From a virus, in IMG/VR virus record IMGVR_UViG_3300049049_000114: a stretch of 64,000 nucleotides of DNA. The stretch is one strand, 5' to 3'. This document shows, one piece after another, positions 55,204 to 64,000 of this stretch. The translations under genes were made by a program, and so were the position numbers. A model generated the notes under the pieces. It searched no databases, was not told the DNA's origin, and saw nothing but the letters and a program-made list of their open reading frames with translations. Positions within the stretch are counted from its first letter, which is position 1. The number at the start of each line of letters is the position of its first letter.

Positions 55204-56837
55204 TGGGGATCCTCATTGCGCTGCAGCAGTTCCTGGGCGCCAACACCCAGAGGAACCCGAAGGAGCCCCTGGGCCCGGGCATCGGCGTGAACGCGCGCAA
55301 CCTGGACGTCAGCCGCGGCGACTTCCGCGGCCTGAAGGCGGCCGACGTGGTGCACACGCTCACCGGCCTGGGCACCCAGCAGTTCAGCCTGTACCGCTTC
55401 GGGCGCGACACGGCGCCAGCCGACAACGGCACGGATATCTGGCTGACCAGCAGCCTGGAGGTGCACTGGGTTCGCTCGCTCATCGCCCTGGACACGACCG
55501 AGCGCACCTACTGGACCGACGGCGTCAAGCCGCGCTACACCGACAGCACGCTGGTCGGTGGGGGCCCACCCTACCCGGTCGGCTCGGTCACGCTTGGCGT
55601 GCCAGCGCCGAGTGCGGCGATGACGGCGACCAACACCACGCCGGGCACCGGGCCCGACGAGACGAGGGTGTATCTGGACACCTTCCTGCGCGCCAACGGC
55701 GACGAGTCGGCACCGAACGCGAACACCACGTCGATCACGGTCCCAGGCGGGTCGTCGGTCACCTTGAACGGCTTCGCTGCAGTGCCGGGCGGCTCGCACG
55801 GCATCACCAAGCGCCGCATCTACTGCTTCACCGGCACCGGCGACTTCCAGCGCGTGGTGGAGCAGACCGCCGCAACCGCGTCCTTCGTCGACAACGGCAG
55901 CAGCCGCGGCCTGGTGCTCGGGACCGGCGGGGCGTCGACTCGGCCGACGTGGCTGGAGCCGCCCGACACGATGGTGGGCCTGATCGAGTTGTGGGGCGGG
56001 ATGATCGGTGCCCACGTGGGCAAGAGCCTGCGCATCTGCGTGCCTGACTTCCCGCACGCCTGGCCCATCGAGTACGAGTACATCCTGCCCTACCAGATCG
56101 TCGGCACGGCAAAGTTCGGCACCAACTGGCTCGCCGCCACGACCGGGATCCCCTACGTCCTGAGCGGCAGCCGGCCGGGCAGCATGCAGCAGCAGCCCGT
56201 GCAGTTCGATCAGGCCTGCGTCAGCAACCGGTCGGTGGTGTCGGTCAAGCACGGCGTGTGCTGGGCCAGCAACGAGGGGCTGTGCTACTACGGCACCAAC
56301 GGCCCGCGCATCCTCACGGCGGACCTGCTGGACGTCGCGGAATGGCGAGCGCTGGTGCCCAGTTCAATCGTCGGGGCGCACTGGAAGGGCTGGTACCTCG
56401 GGTTCTACAACACCGGGTCGGCGCGCAAGGGCTTCATGATCAGCACGATCAACCCGCAGGGGATCATCTGGCTGGACCAGCGCGCCTTCGGCGTCTTCGA
56501 GGACACGATCAATGGCAGCGTGTACCTGCTGGACTCCAGCTTCCAGATCCGCAAGTGGTACACCGGCGCGCTGCTGACGGCGACCTTCAAGACCGGCAAG
56601 ACGCGGGCCAATCACGAGACCAACCCGAGCCGGGCGATGGTGGTCGGCACCGACTACACAGGCGCGAGCCTGAAGGTCTACGCCGACGACGTGCTCAAGC
56701 ACACGGCCAACCCGACGACTCGCGAGCCGTTCTGGCTGCCAGGCGGGTACGTCGGGCGCGACTTCCAACTCGAGCTTTCAGGCGTGGGCCCGCTTGAGGC
56801 GGCCATCCTGGCCGAAGAGACGCAGGACCTGCCGTGA
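55203..56837 (+). CDS. Tail nozzle/tubular protein B candidate
   Basis: 544 aa with beta-propeller-like repeats, YLDTF...ESAP, PHAWPIEY, CVSNRSVV. Confidence 0.6.
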   Translation: MGILIALQQFLGANTQRNPKEPLGPGIGVNARNLDVSRGDFRGLKAADVVHTLTGLGTQQFSLYRFGRDTAPADNGTDIWLTSSLEVHWVRSLIALDTTERTYWTDGVKPRYTDSTLVGGGPPYPVGSVTLGVPAPSAAMTATNTTPGTGPDETRVYLDTFLRANGDESAPNANTTSITVPGGSSVTLNGFAAVPGGSHGITKRRIYCFTGTGDFQRVVEQTAATASFVDNGSSRGLVLGTGGASTRPTWLEPPDTMVGLIELWGGMIGAHVGKSLRICVPDFPHAWPIEYEYILPYQIVGTAKFGTNWLAATTGIPYVLSGSRPGSMQQQPVQFDQACVSNRSVVSVKHGVCWASNEGLCYYGTNGPRILTADLLDVAEWRALVPSSIVGAHWKGWYLGFYNTGSARKGFMISTINPQGIIWLDQRAFGVFEDTINGSVYLLDSSFQIRKWYTGALLTATFKTGKTRANHETNPSRAMVVGTDYTGASLKVYADDVLKHTANPTTREPFWLPGGYVGRDFQLELSGVGPLEAAILAEETQDLP

Positions 56838-58114
56838 GCAACCGGTCGAGCTTCGCGCCGCCGATCATCGCGCTGGCGCCGCACGACTCGTCAATCGAGT
56901 CCATGCGCGCGGCGGTCATCGAACTGCAGACCTACATCAGGGCCCGTGAACCGGAGCACGATGGGGACGCGCTCGACAAGGTCATCACGTGGCGCGACGC
57001 CGTCAACGCGGGGCTTGCACAGTATTCGCTGGGGACGCCAGGCAGCGGCGGCCCGGGCGGTGGCCAATTCGAGCCGCCCCCGCTCGGCGGGCTGGCCGGC
57101 TGGGACGACCTGACGCCGCCCGACCCGCTGGACAACCTGGTGGTGACCTCGATCCCCACGGGCTTCTTCGTGGAGTTCGACGCGCCGACCTACCGGCAGG
57201 GCGGCGGCAATGCCTACTCGATCATCTATCAGGCCAACTACTCCGGGGCCGGCCCACTGCCGACCTTCTCCAGCGCTGTGCCGGTTGGCACAGTCACCGA
57301 GCGCAACGTCATCCTGGTGATCCCGGCCGAGCCGGGCGTGCAGGGGCACTTCTGGGCCCAACCGGTGAGCTTCGCCGAGGACTACAACCTCATCGCGCCG
57401 CAGACGCCGCCGACGGGTGGGCTCAATGGCGAGTACGTGATCGCGGGCCAGCTCAGCGACGACCACATCGCCGACCTGTCGGCCGGCAAGATCACCGCCG
57501 GGGCGATCGCCGTGGGTGAGTACATCGAAGCCACCGGCTACGACCCCGGCGTGTACGGCTGGCGCATCAGCGGCAGTGGCAACGCCGAGTTCAACAACGT
57601 GGTGGTGCGCGGAACCATCTACGCCACGGCGGGACTCATCGGTGGTGCGGTCATCGACTCGGATGGGGTGGAAAGCGACAACTACGTGGCCGGCACGAGC
57701 GGCTGGCGCCTGGACAACGCGACCGGGATCCTCTACGCCTTCGACGCGGAGTTGTACGGCACCTTCACGGGGGACATCGATCTGCCGGCCTACTCGGTGA
57801 GCATCCCCGAGGGGGACCTGGTCGACACGCGCGGCAACGGCCCGGCGACCTATGACACCTTCACCTCGTCGGTGACCGGCGGCACGGCGCCATTCACCTA
57901 CCTGTGGCTGCTGGCGAACACGACCAGCGACAACGACAACGACGTGTGGGGGATCTCCATTGACGGCAGCGCCACGACCTCGACGGTCGACATCAAGGGC
58001 TTCGGCACCGACAACGTGGTGATCGCCTTGCTGGTTCTGCTGGTGACCGATGCCAATGGCCGCGTGGCCAAGGACACGATCGCCATCGGCATCACCCACG
58101 GGACGCCGCCATGA
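56834..58114 (+). CDS. Tail fibre-like protein
   Basis: IADLSAGKITAGAI...GWRISGSGNAEFNNVVVRGTIYATAG, typical of host-specificity fibre C-terminal regions. Confidence 0.65.
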   Translation: MSNRSSFAPPIIALAPHDSSIESMRAAVIELQTYIRAREPEHDGDALDKVITWRDAVNAGLAQYSLGTPGSGGPGGGQFEPPPLGGLAGWDDLTPPDPLDNLVVTSIPTGFFVEFDAPTYRQGGGNAYSIIYQANYSGAGPLPTFSSAVPVGTVTERNVILVIPAEPGVQGHFWAQPVSFAEDYNLIAPQTPPTGGLNGEYVIAGQLSDDHIADLSAGKITAGAIAVGEYIEATGYDPGVYGWRISGSGNAEFNNVVVRGTIYATAGLIGGAVIDSDGVESDNYVAGTSGWRLDNATGILYAFDAELYGTFTGDIDLPAYSVSIPEGDLVDTRGNGPATYDTFTSSVTGGTAPFTYLWLLANTTSDNDNDVWGISIDGSATTSTVDIKGFGTDNVVIALLVLLVTDANGRVAKDTIAIGITHGTPP

Positions 58115-58536
58115 TGATCGACGCCAGCCAGAGCCCGGCGTTGTTCCGCCTGGCCAGCGAGCGGCTGCAAGGGACCTTCCGGCCCGATTGGGACCACAAG
58201 ATCCTGAGCGTCATCAGCCCCAAAGGGGTACTGGCCCAGGCCGTGTTCACCGACATCGTGGTTGGCCTGCGAGCCGAGCTCTCCATGTGGATCGAGCCCG
58301 AGCACGGCCTGGCCGGCAAGCGCTTCCTGCGCCAGGTCTGCAAGACCGCTTTCGTGGATTTTCGGTGCCAAAGGCTGCATGCCACCACGAAGTTAGGGAA
58401 CCGACAGGCTCAAGCGGTGCTCCAGAAGATGGGCTTCGTTGTCGAGGCGCATCTGGAGCGGTGGTATCCCGAAGATCACGGGTTGATGTTCAAGATGATG
58501 CTGCCGCAGTGCCGGTGGCTCGCACGCAAGGAGTAG
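58111..58536 (+). CDS. GNAT-fold protein (P22 gp14-like position)
   Basis: CQRLHATTKLGNRQAQAVLQKMGFVVEA; lies between tail and ejection genes. Confidence 0.7.
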   Translation: MMIDASQSPALFRLASERLQGTFRPDWDHKILSVISPKGVLAQAVFTDIVVGLRAELSMWIEPEHGLAGKRFLRQVCKTAFVDFRCQRLHATTKLGNRQAQAVLQKMGFVVEAHLERWYPEDHGLMFKMMLPQCRWLARKE

Positions 58537-58540
58537 AGGC

Positions 58541-59593
58541 ATGGGAACCACGGTCAAGCAACCTTCCCCCGATCCGCAGATCGGCGAGGCCTCCAAGGAG
58601 GCGATCCAACTGGGGCGGGACGAGTTCGACGCTCAGCAAGCCCTGGTCGGTGAGTTCTCGCCGCTGTACAAGCAGCAGATCGAGTTCCAGCTTGGCCAGC
58701 AGCAGAAGTACGCGGAGCGGTCGGACCAGAGCTACGACGACTACAACCAGTATTTCCGCCCGCTCGAGCATCAACTGGCCGACACGGCGACCAACTACAA
58801 CACCGCCGATCGCCGCAATCAGGCGGCCAACGAGGCGCAGGCTGGCGTGTCCAGCCAGTTCGCCAATGCGCGGCAGAGCCTGACTGAGGACCTGAGCGCG
58901 CAGAGCGCTTCGGGCAGCGGCCGCGGCCTGGCGCTGCGCAACGCGATGGCGATCGAGGAGGCGAAGGCGCGTGCCGGCGCGGGCGACACGGCGCGGCGCA
59001 GCGTCGAGAACACCGGGCTCGCCTTGCTCGGCAATGCGACCAACCTTGGCCGCGGGTTCCCCACGCAGAGCATGCAACTCGGCCAGGCCGCCACCGGTGC
59101 CGGCGGCTCGGCCCAGGGGTCGGTGGCGGGCCTCTCAGGCCTCACCGGCGCGGGCTATGCCCAGCAGCTTCAGGGCTACGGGGTGGGTATCAACGGCCTG
59201 CTCGGCCAGTACCAGGCGCAGCAGCAGTCCACCAACGCGAGCAACGGCATGTTTGGCGACCTGCTCGGCGCAGGCCTGACCGCCTACGGCATGTACCAGA
59301 GCAGCAAGAAGGTCAAGGACACGGGCGCTGCGGTCAGCGGCAAGAAGGCGCTGGCCGGCCTGCGTGACCTGAAGGTCGACAACTGGACTTACAAGAAGGG
59401 CCAGGGCGACGAGGGATCGCACGTCGGGCCCTACGCCGAAGACGTGCAGGCGCGCTTCGGCGACACGGTGGCGCCCGGCGGCAAGGCCATCGACATGGTG
59501 GCGATGGGCAAGATCAATGCGGACGCGATCCGCGAGCTGGCGAGCCAGATGGACGCCATGGAAAAGCACGTCAGCGAACTGGAGGCCGCTTAA
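58541..59593 (+). CDS. Ejection (DNA transfer) protein with C-terminal peptidase S74-like chaperone domain
   Basis: G/A/Q-rich body; SSKKVKD...LKVDNWTYKK...HVGPYAEDV...IDM...AIREL. Confidence 0.65.
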   Translation: MGTTVKQPSPDPQIGEASKEAIQLGRDEFDAQQALVGEFSPLYKQQIEFQLGQQQKYAERSDQSYDDYNQYFRPLEHQLADTATNYNTADRRNQAANEAQAGVSSQFANARQSLTEDLSAQSASGSGRGLALRNAMAIEEAKARAGAGDTARRSVENTGLALLGNATNLGRGFPTQSMQLGQAATGAGGSAQGSVAGLSGLTGAGYAQQLQGYGVGINGLLGQYQAQQQSTNASNGMFGDLLGAGLTAYGMYQSSKKVKDTGAAVSGKKALAGLRDLKVDNWTYKKGQGDEGSHVGPYAEDVQARFGDTVAPGGKAIDMVAMGKINADAIRELASQMDAMEKHVSELEAA

Positions 59594-60418
59594 ATGAGCA
59601 ACGCCTGGGACAAGTTCTTCAAGGGCCAGTGGACACAGAACAAGAAGTGGGATCCGCTGACGCACCGAGCGATCGAGCTCATCGTGCACCAGGACGCCCA
59701 CAACGTCGGCGCGATCGACCACACGATCAGCAAGTGGACCGGCGGGGATGGCTCCACGGTGATCGGTGACGAGTCGCGCAAGGTGGAGAAGGACCCGGTT
59801 CGCGGCATCGGGCGCGCGGCGCTGACCGCCGGCGCCGTCTTCGGCGGGATGTACGCGGCGAGCGCCTACGGTGGCGGCGGCGGTGGTGCGGGCGCAGGTG
59901 CAGGTGCTGGTGCCGGGGTGGGTGCTGGTGAGGCCGGCGGCGGCGCCATGGCCATCGACGCCGGCGGCATGGGCATCGGCCAGATCGGCGTGAGCGAGAT
60001 GACGCCTGCCCTGGCGGAATCTGCGGTCGGCTCCTCGGGCTACGGTGCCAGTTCGGCAGGGGCTGGTGGTGCGGGGCAGTTCGGACTGTCGAGCTCGCAA
60101 TACCGGCAACTTGGGCAGCAGGCCTCCCAGACCGGCGAACGGGCGCAGGCCGACGAACGGCCGATCACCGACGTCGACCTGGCCGCGCTCGCGGCCCTGG
60201 CGGCCCAGGAGGACGAGAACCAGCGCCGCATGGCCCTGTCGACCAAGACCGCCAAGCGGCCCGGCGGCAATGGCAACTCGATGCGCCTGGGTGCAGCGAA
60301 CGCCGACCCCATCGACAGCAACGGGGTGCAGATCGCGGCGATCAAGGAACTGTCGCAGCGCGCAGCGGCGCTGCACCAGCGGATGGCGGCCATCAAGGCC
60401 AAGCACAAGGGGAACTGA
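59594..60418 (+). CDS. Gly/Ala-rich ejection protein candidate
   Basis: Hydrophobic Gly/Ala stretch; C-terminal GVQIAAIKEL coiled coil. Confidence 0.55.
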   Translation: MSNAWDKFFKGQWTQNKKWDPLTHRAIELIVHQDAHNVGAIDHTISKWTGGDGSTVIGDESRKVEKDPVRGIGRAALTAGAVFGGMYAASAYGGGGGGAGAGAGAGAGVGAGEAGGGAMAIDAGGMGIGQIGVSEMTPALAESAVGSSGYGASSAGAGGAGQFGLSSSQYRQLGQQASQTGERAQADERPITDVDLAALAALAAQEDENQRRMALSTKTAKRPGGNGNSMRLGAANADPIDSNGVQIAAIKELSQRAAALHQRMAAIKAKHKGN

Positions 60419-60419
60419 C

Positions 60420-61670
60420 ATGGCAGGACTCGGGTTGACCCAAGCCCTTCAGGGCTATCAGCGCGGTGTCGAGTGGCGCCAGCAGCAGGACGAACTGCAG
60501 CGCGAGAAGGACATCCGCGAGCAGACGAACCTGGCCAATGCCGCGGGCGCGAAGGTGATGCAGGACGCCAAGACCGCGCACGACCTGGAGCAGGCGCAGG
60601 CGATGGAGGCCTGGGCCAACAGCGGCAAGGCCCCGCAGGAGTTCAAGGCCAAGCCGTGGCAGGCCACGCCGGACCTGCTGCTGAAGGCCTCGGACGCCAA
60701 GGGCTCCGAACTCGCCAAGCGCGGGCTGTGGCAGCAGTACACCGAGAACTTCGCCCAGTTCTCCCCCATCCGTCACCAGGTGCGCCAGAAGGCCTACGCC
60801 GACCTGCTCAGCCGCTACGACGCCGACGGCGACCCGGTGGCGCTGGCCAAGGGTGCGTGGCCGATGGTGCACGACGGCACCGACATCGCTGGGCACTCGG
60901 AAGAGGACGCTCAGGCGCTGGGTCTGTCCGGGGCGGCCACGCCCGCGCTGCGCGAGTCGGCCAGCGGTGTCCCGGGCTACGGGCAAAGCAACGCCTCGCA
61001 GGTCGATGCGAAGGCCCGGGCCGGCGGCAAGCGGTACTCGTTCCAGCTTTCCAACGGGGAGACGATGGGCCCACTCACCGGCGAGCAGATCCGCGAGCAC
61101 GTGCTGAAGGCGACCCTGTCACCCGACCAGGTGATGCAGTACGAGTTCCAGCGGCGCCTCATCGCCGACAAGCGCAAGGCCGACCTCGAGGCCAAGCGCG
61201 AGGAGGAGGCCATCAAGCACGAGAACCGCATGGCGGAGATCGGCCTGACCAATACGGGCCGCCAGGAGGTGACCGAGACGCGCGCCGAAACCTCGCTCAA
61301 GGTGGCCGACAAGCGCGCCAAGGCCGGCGGCGGCTCAGGCGGTGGGAGCAAGGGCTCCAACGTCCAGAGCGTGCAGACCGATGCGGATGGCTACAAGGTG
61401 CTGGTGTTCCGGGACGGCAGCACGAAGCGGCTGCAGATCGAAGGCAAGCCCGTGCGCGGCGAATCCTGGTCCAAGCGGGTCGACTCGCTGGCCAAGGAGA
61501 TCGGCAGGGGATTGAACGGCATGGGCAAGAGCGAGGAGGAACTGCGCGCCAAGGCCGAGACGATGCTGATCGGCAAGGCGGTGCCTGAAGAAGGCAAAGC
61601 CGACGCCCCTGCTGCTGCTCCGGCCGCTGCCAAGAAGCCCGCCCCCAAGTTCCTCGGATTCGAGCACTGA
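60420..61670 (+). CDS. Ejection protein candidate
   Basis: MAGLGLTQALQGYQRG..., charged helical protein directly before the giant gene. Confidence 0.6.
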   Translation: MAGLGLTQALQGYQRGVEWRQQQDELQREKDIREQTNLANAAGAKVMQDAKTAHDLEQAQAMEAWANSGKAPQEFKAKPWQATPDLLLKASDAKGSELAKRGLWQQYTENFAQFSPIRHQVRQKAYADLLSRYDADGDPVALAKGAWPMVHDGTDIAGHSEEDAQALGLSGAATPALRESASGVPGYGQSNASQVDAKARAGGKRYSFQLSNGETMGPLTGEQIREHVLKATLSPDQVMQYEFQRRLIADKRKADLEAKREEEAIKHENRMAEIGLTNTGRQEVTETRAETSLKVADKRAKAGGGSGGGSKGSNVQSVQTDADGYKVLVFRDGSTKRLQIEGKPVRGESWSKRVDSLAKEIGRGLNGMGKSEEELRAKAETMLIGKAVPEEGKADAPAAAPAAAKKPAPKFLGFEH

Positions 61671-61673
61671 CAC

Positions 61674-64000
61674 ATGCCCATCGCACGCTTTGAACTCGAG
61701 GACGGGCGCATCGCCCGCTTTGAGGTTCCCGACGGCACGACCCCCGAAGACGCGCAGAGCCTCATCGCCGAGCACCTGTCAGCCAACCCGTTGCCGGACA
61801 AGGCGGCGCGGCCGCTGCCTGATGGCGTGACGCCGTCGGACGCCGGCGCCGGGCGCGGCAGCGTCATGCCGCACGGGCCGACGCTGCGCGAGCGGCTGTT
61901 CGACCGCAACGTGACGACTCTGCCGGGCGAACCGGTGGCGCGCCGCGGCGGTACGCGCTCGGAGGGCCCGCGGCCCTTCGTTGGTGGCGACGAGAAGGCG
62001 GTCCCCGACGACCAGTTCTCGGTCAACGGCACGCTCTACAAGAAGCCGGTTGTCAGCAACGACGTCTTCGGGCCCGACGATGGCTCGATCACACGTGGCG
62101 TGGACACGATCTCGCCGTCGCCAGAGCCGAGCGCGCTGGGCGGCGCTTTCCGTGCGCTCGATCGCAAGCCGATGGACCAGTCGCTGGCCGGCACGGTGCT
62201 GGAGAACGTGGGCGACGCCGGCCGTGGCGTGGCCAAGGTCGTGCCCGGGCTGGCCACCTCGCTGTGGGGTGGCGTCCAGGCCGGTGCTGACGTGGTCGGC
62301 GCCGACAAAGTGGCCGGCGTGGCGCGAGAGGCGGCGGGCGCGGGCCGGCAGTACCTGCGCCAGCTCGACAACCCGAACGGCGACAAGCTCGTCACCGGCG
62401 CGCTGCAGTCGCTCGGCACCGCGATGGCCGGCGGCGCTGCGTTTGGCGTGCCGGGCGCCATCGGAACGGCCGTGGGCCAGACCGCCGGCGACAAGTACTC
62501 CGAACTGCGCAGCCAGGGCCTGGATGTGGACGCCAGCCTGGAAGGCGCCACGGTGCACGGCATCGCCGAGTTCGTGGGCGAGCGCATCGGCATGCCCAGC
62601 CTGGGGCGGCTGGTGTCCGGCTTGGCGCAGAAGACGGGGATGAAGCCTTCGGAGGTGCTGCGCGAGGCGCTGAAGCAGCAGGGTGAGGAGCAGGCGACCC
62701 TGGCCATTCAGGACCTGTACGACAAGTTCGGCCGCGGCAGCACCCGGCACGACATGACCTTCGACGACTACGTCAACGACGTGGTCGACACCGCCAAGCA
62801 GACCGCCATCATGTCGGCAGTGGCCGGGGCCGGCGGCCGGGTGGCGCGCACGGTGGCGCCCGAGCCGCAGCAGCGCCAGCGGGTGGACCCGCCCACGCTG
62901 GTGGACCAGGCTATCAACGAGGCCGCCACGTCGGTGGGCCTGGGCGTGAAGGCTGCCACGGCGCTGCGCGACAAGATCAAGGGCCTGTCGCCCGCCAAGG
63001 CCGTGCAGGTGGTGGCCAAGGCCTTCGACGGCTTCGAGCGCGCGGGCCTGACGAAGAAGCCCGGAGCCAAGGACGGCTTCCTCACCACGCTGCAGCAGAA
63101 GGTCGACGAAGCGGCCAAGGCAGCCGACGAACAGCCGGCGCAGGATCAGGCTGGCGCACCGCCGGCTGAAGGGCCCGGGGTATCCCAGGCGATGCCTGCG
63201 CCGGCCCCCGAGGTCGCCGCCGCTGAGGGGGAGGACTTCACCGGCCTGGAGACGCCCGCGCCAACCGGCCCGATCGAAGGCGAGGCGATCAACCGCAATT
63301 GGTCCCACTTCTCGCCCGAGTCCGGAACGCTCGCGATCCCGCGCGAGCAGATGCCACAGATCAAGGCCGAGCACCGCGGCGCGCTGGTGAACTTCCTGAA
63401 CGCCCGCGGCGTCGAGCATCAGGAGGAGGCGGTCGATCCGGCCTCGCTCAAGCCCACGCAGGCCGAGTTTTCGCCGAAGAAGGTGGCGCAGGCTTCCGAG
63501 TACGCCGGCGGCGACCGCGCCATCCTCGTGAGCCAGGACGGCTACGTGGTGGACGGCCATCACCAGTGGCTCGCGGCCCGCGATGCTGGCGAGCCGATCC
63601 GCGTCATCCGCCTGGGCGCCCCCATCAACGACCTGCTGCGCCTGGCGCACCAGTTCCCGAGCTCGTTCACCGCGAAGGGTCCAAGCCGTGCTGCTGCTGG
63701 AAATGGAACTCCCGGGCCTGTCGGAACTGAGGGAGCAGGGGCTGCTGAGCGAGGAGTCGGAACGGGAACTGGCGAAGTGGTTCCGGGCGAGCAGCAACAG
63801 CCCGCAGGGCCTGGACCTGCCGGAACCCCTGTACCTGACGCTGGCCTTCGCCCTGAAGCTGCACTTCCTGGACCCGCAGGACGTGACGATGCACTGAAGC
63901 CGGGCCAGGCTGTCACGGTCGACGGCACGCCCTACCAGGTCGTCGGCGGCGGCGAGACGGCGGTTCGCCTGAAGGGCGAGGACGGCAAGGTCCGCATCAT
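61674..64000 (+). CDS. N-terminal part of a giant polyvalent ejection protein (runs off the window), with a ParB/Srx-like domain
   Basis: MPIARFELEDGRIARFEVPDG start; no stop in frame to the window end. LKPTQAEF...ILVSQDGYVVDGHHQWLAA at ~63440-63585. Confidence 0.8.
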   Translation, partial: MPIARFELEDGRIARFEVPDGTTPEDAQSLIAEHLSANPLPDKAARPLPDGVTPSDAGAGRGSVMPHGPTLRERLFDRNVTTLPGEPVARRGGTRSEGPRPFVGGDEKAVPDDQFSVNGTLYKKPVVSNDVFGPDDGSITRGVDTISPSPEPSALGGAFRALDRKPMDQSLAGTVLENVGDAGRGVAKVVPGLATSLWGGVQAGADVVGADKVAGVAREAAGAGRQYLRQLDNPNGDKLVTGALQSLGTAMAGGAAFGVPGAIGTAVGQTAGDKYSELRSQGLDVDASLEGATVHGIAEFVGERIGMPSLGRLVSGLAQKTGMKPSEVLREALKQQGEEQATLAIQDLYDKFGRGSTRHDMTFDDYVNDVVDTAKQTAIMSAVAGAGGRVARTVAPEPQQRQRVDPPTLVDQAINEAATSVGLGVKAATALRDKIKGLSPAKAVQVVAKAFDGFERAGLTKKPGAKDGFLTTLQQKVDEAAKAADEQPAQDQAGAPPAEGPGVSQAMPAPAPEVAAAEGEDFTGLETPAPTGPIEGEAINRNWSHFSPESGTLAIPREQMPQIKAEHRGALVNFLNARGVEHQEEAVDPASLKPTQAEFSPKKVAQASEYAGGDRAILVSQDGYVVDGHHQWLAARDAGEPIRVIRLGAPINDLLRLAHQFPSSFTAKGPSRAAAGNGTPGPVGTEGAGAAERGVGTGTGEVVPGEQQQPAGPGPAGTPVPDAGLRPEAALPGPAGRDDALKPGQAVTVDGTPYQVVGGGETAVRLKGEDGKVRI
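63688..63897 (+). CDS. Nested +1-frame ORF (69 aa) overprinted in the giant gene
   Basis: GTG start (alternative ATG 63703) 7 nt after GAAGGGT. 63 of 69 sense codons end in G/C, while the host frame is A/T-ending and low-complexity here. Confidence 0.65.
   Translation: MLLLEMELPGLSELREQGLLSEESERELAKWFRASSNSPQGLDLPEPLYLTLAFALKLHFLDPQDVTMH

Larger units (their letters stand above)
1..64000. mobile_element. Temperate podovirus-like phage genome (N4-gp56-type capsid, P22-like portal, giant polyvalent ejection protein), apparently excised/circularly permuted
   Basis: Continuous phage gene content: integrase, cI/cro, replication, recombination, lysis, terminase, portal, capsid, tail and ejection genes. 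No host housekeeping genes. Phage genes lie on both sides of the att-like site. Confidence 0.93.

Noticed and set aside
59870-59945. GGY/GCN repeat tract
   Set aside because: Encodes a Gly/Ala linker in an ejection protein; ordinary low complexity.
1-64000. CRISPR array, diversity-generating retroelement, retron or reverse transcriptase
   Set aside because: No regularly spaced repeats, no RT motifs and no TR/VR-like repeat pair noticed by eye.

Overview
The whole window is one GC-rich temperate podovirus-type phage genome, probably of a Burkholderiales-like host, with no recognisable host genes. It looks like a circularly permuted, excised (attP) form, although a junction between tandem prophages cannot be excluded. 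The window opens inside a giant polyvalent ejection-type protein (helicase, adenine methyltransferase, zincin, ADP-ribosyltransferase-like and LPD38-like domains). An attP-like site and a tyrosine integrase follow. Next comes a leftward early arm (cro, replication initiator, DNA methylase, ninB, ninG, Q-like gene, xis-like gene, J-domain protein), then the immunity region with two near-identical operator/promoter units, and a rightward early arm (DUF5131, ERF, exonuclease, pilin-like, RyR-domain, DUF2303, KTSC, ASCH). The late region holds lysis, packaging, an N4-gp56-type capsid, several carbohydrate-active appendage genes, tail and ejection proteins, and ends in the N-terminal part of a giant protein. 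Best leads: a type IV prepilin-like gene; an apparently real gene overprinted in the +1 frame of the giant protein just after a ParB-like domain; a four-module glycoside hydrolase/esterase putative head fibre behind a GTA-type spike-base gene; an RyR-domain gene flanked by two similar long RNA hairpins; a tandem lipoprotein pair (one HNH-like) in the immunity region; an early region inverted relative to the lambdoid layout. All family assignments come from motifs recognised by eye, not from database searches.
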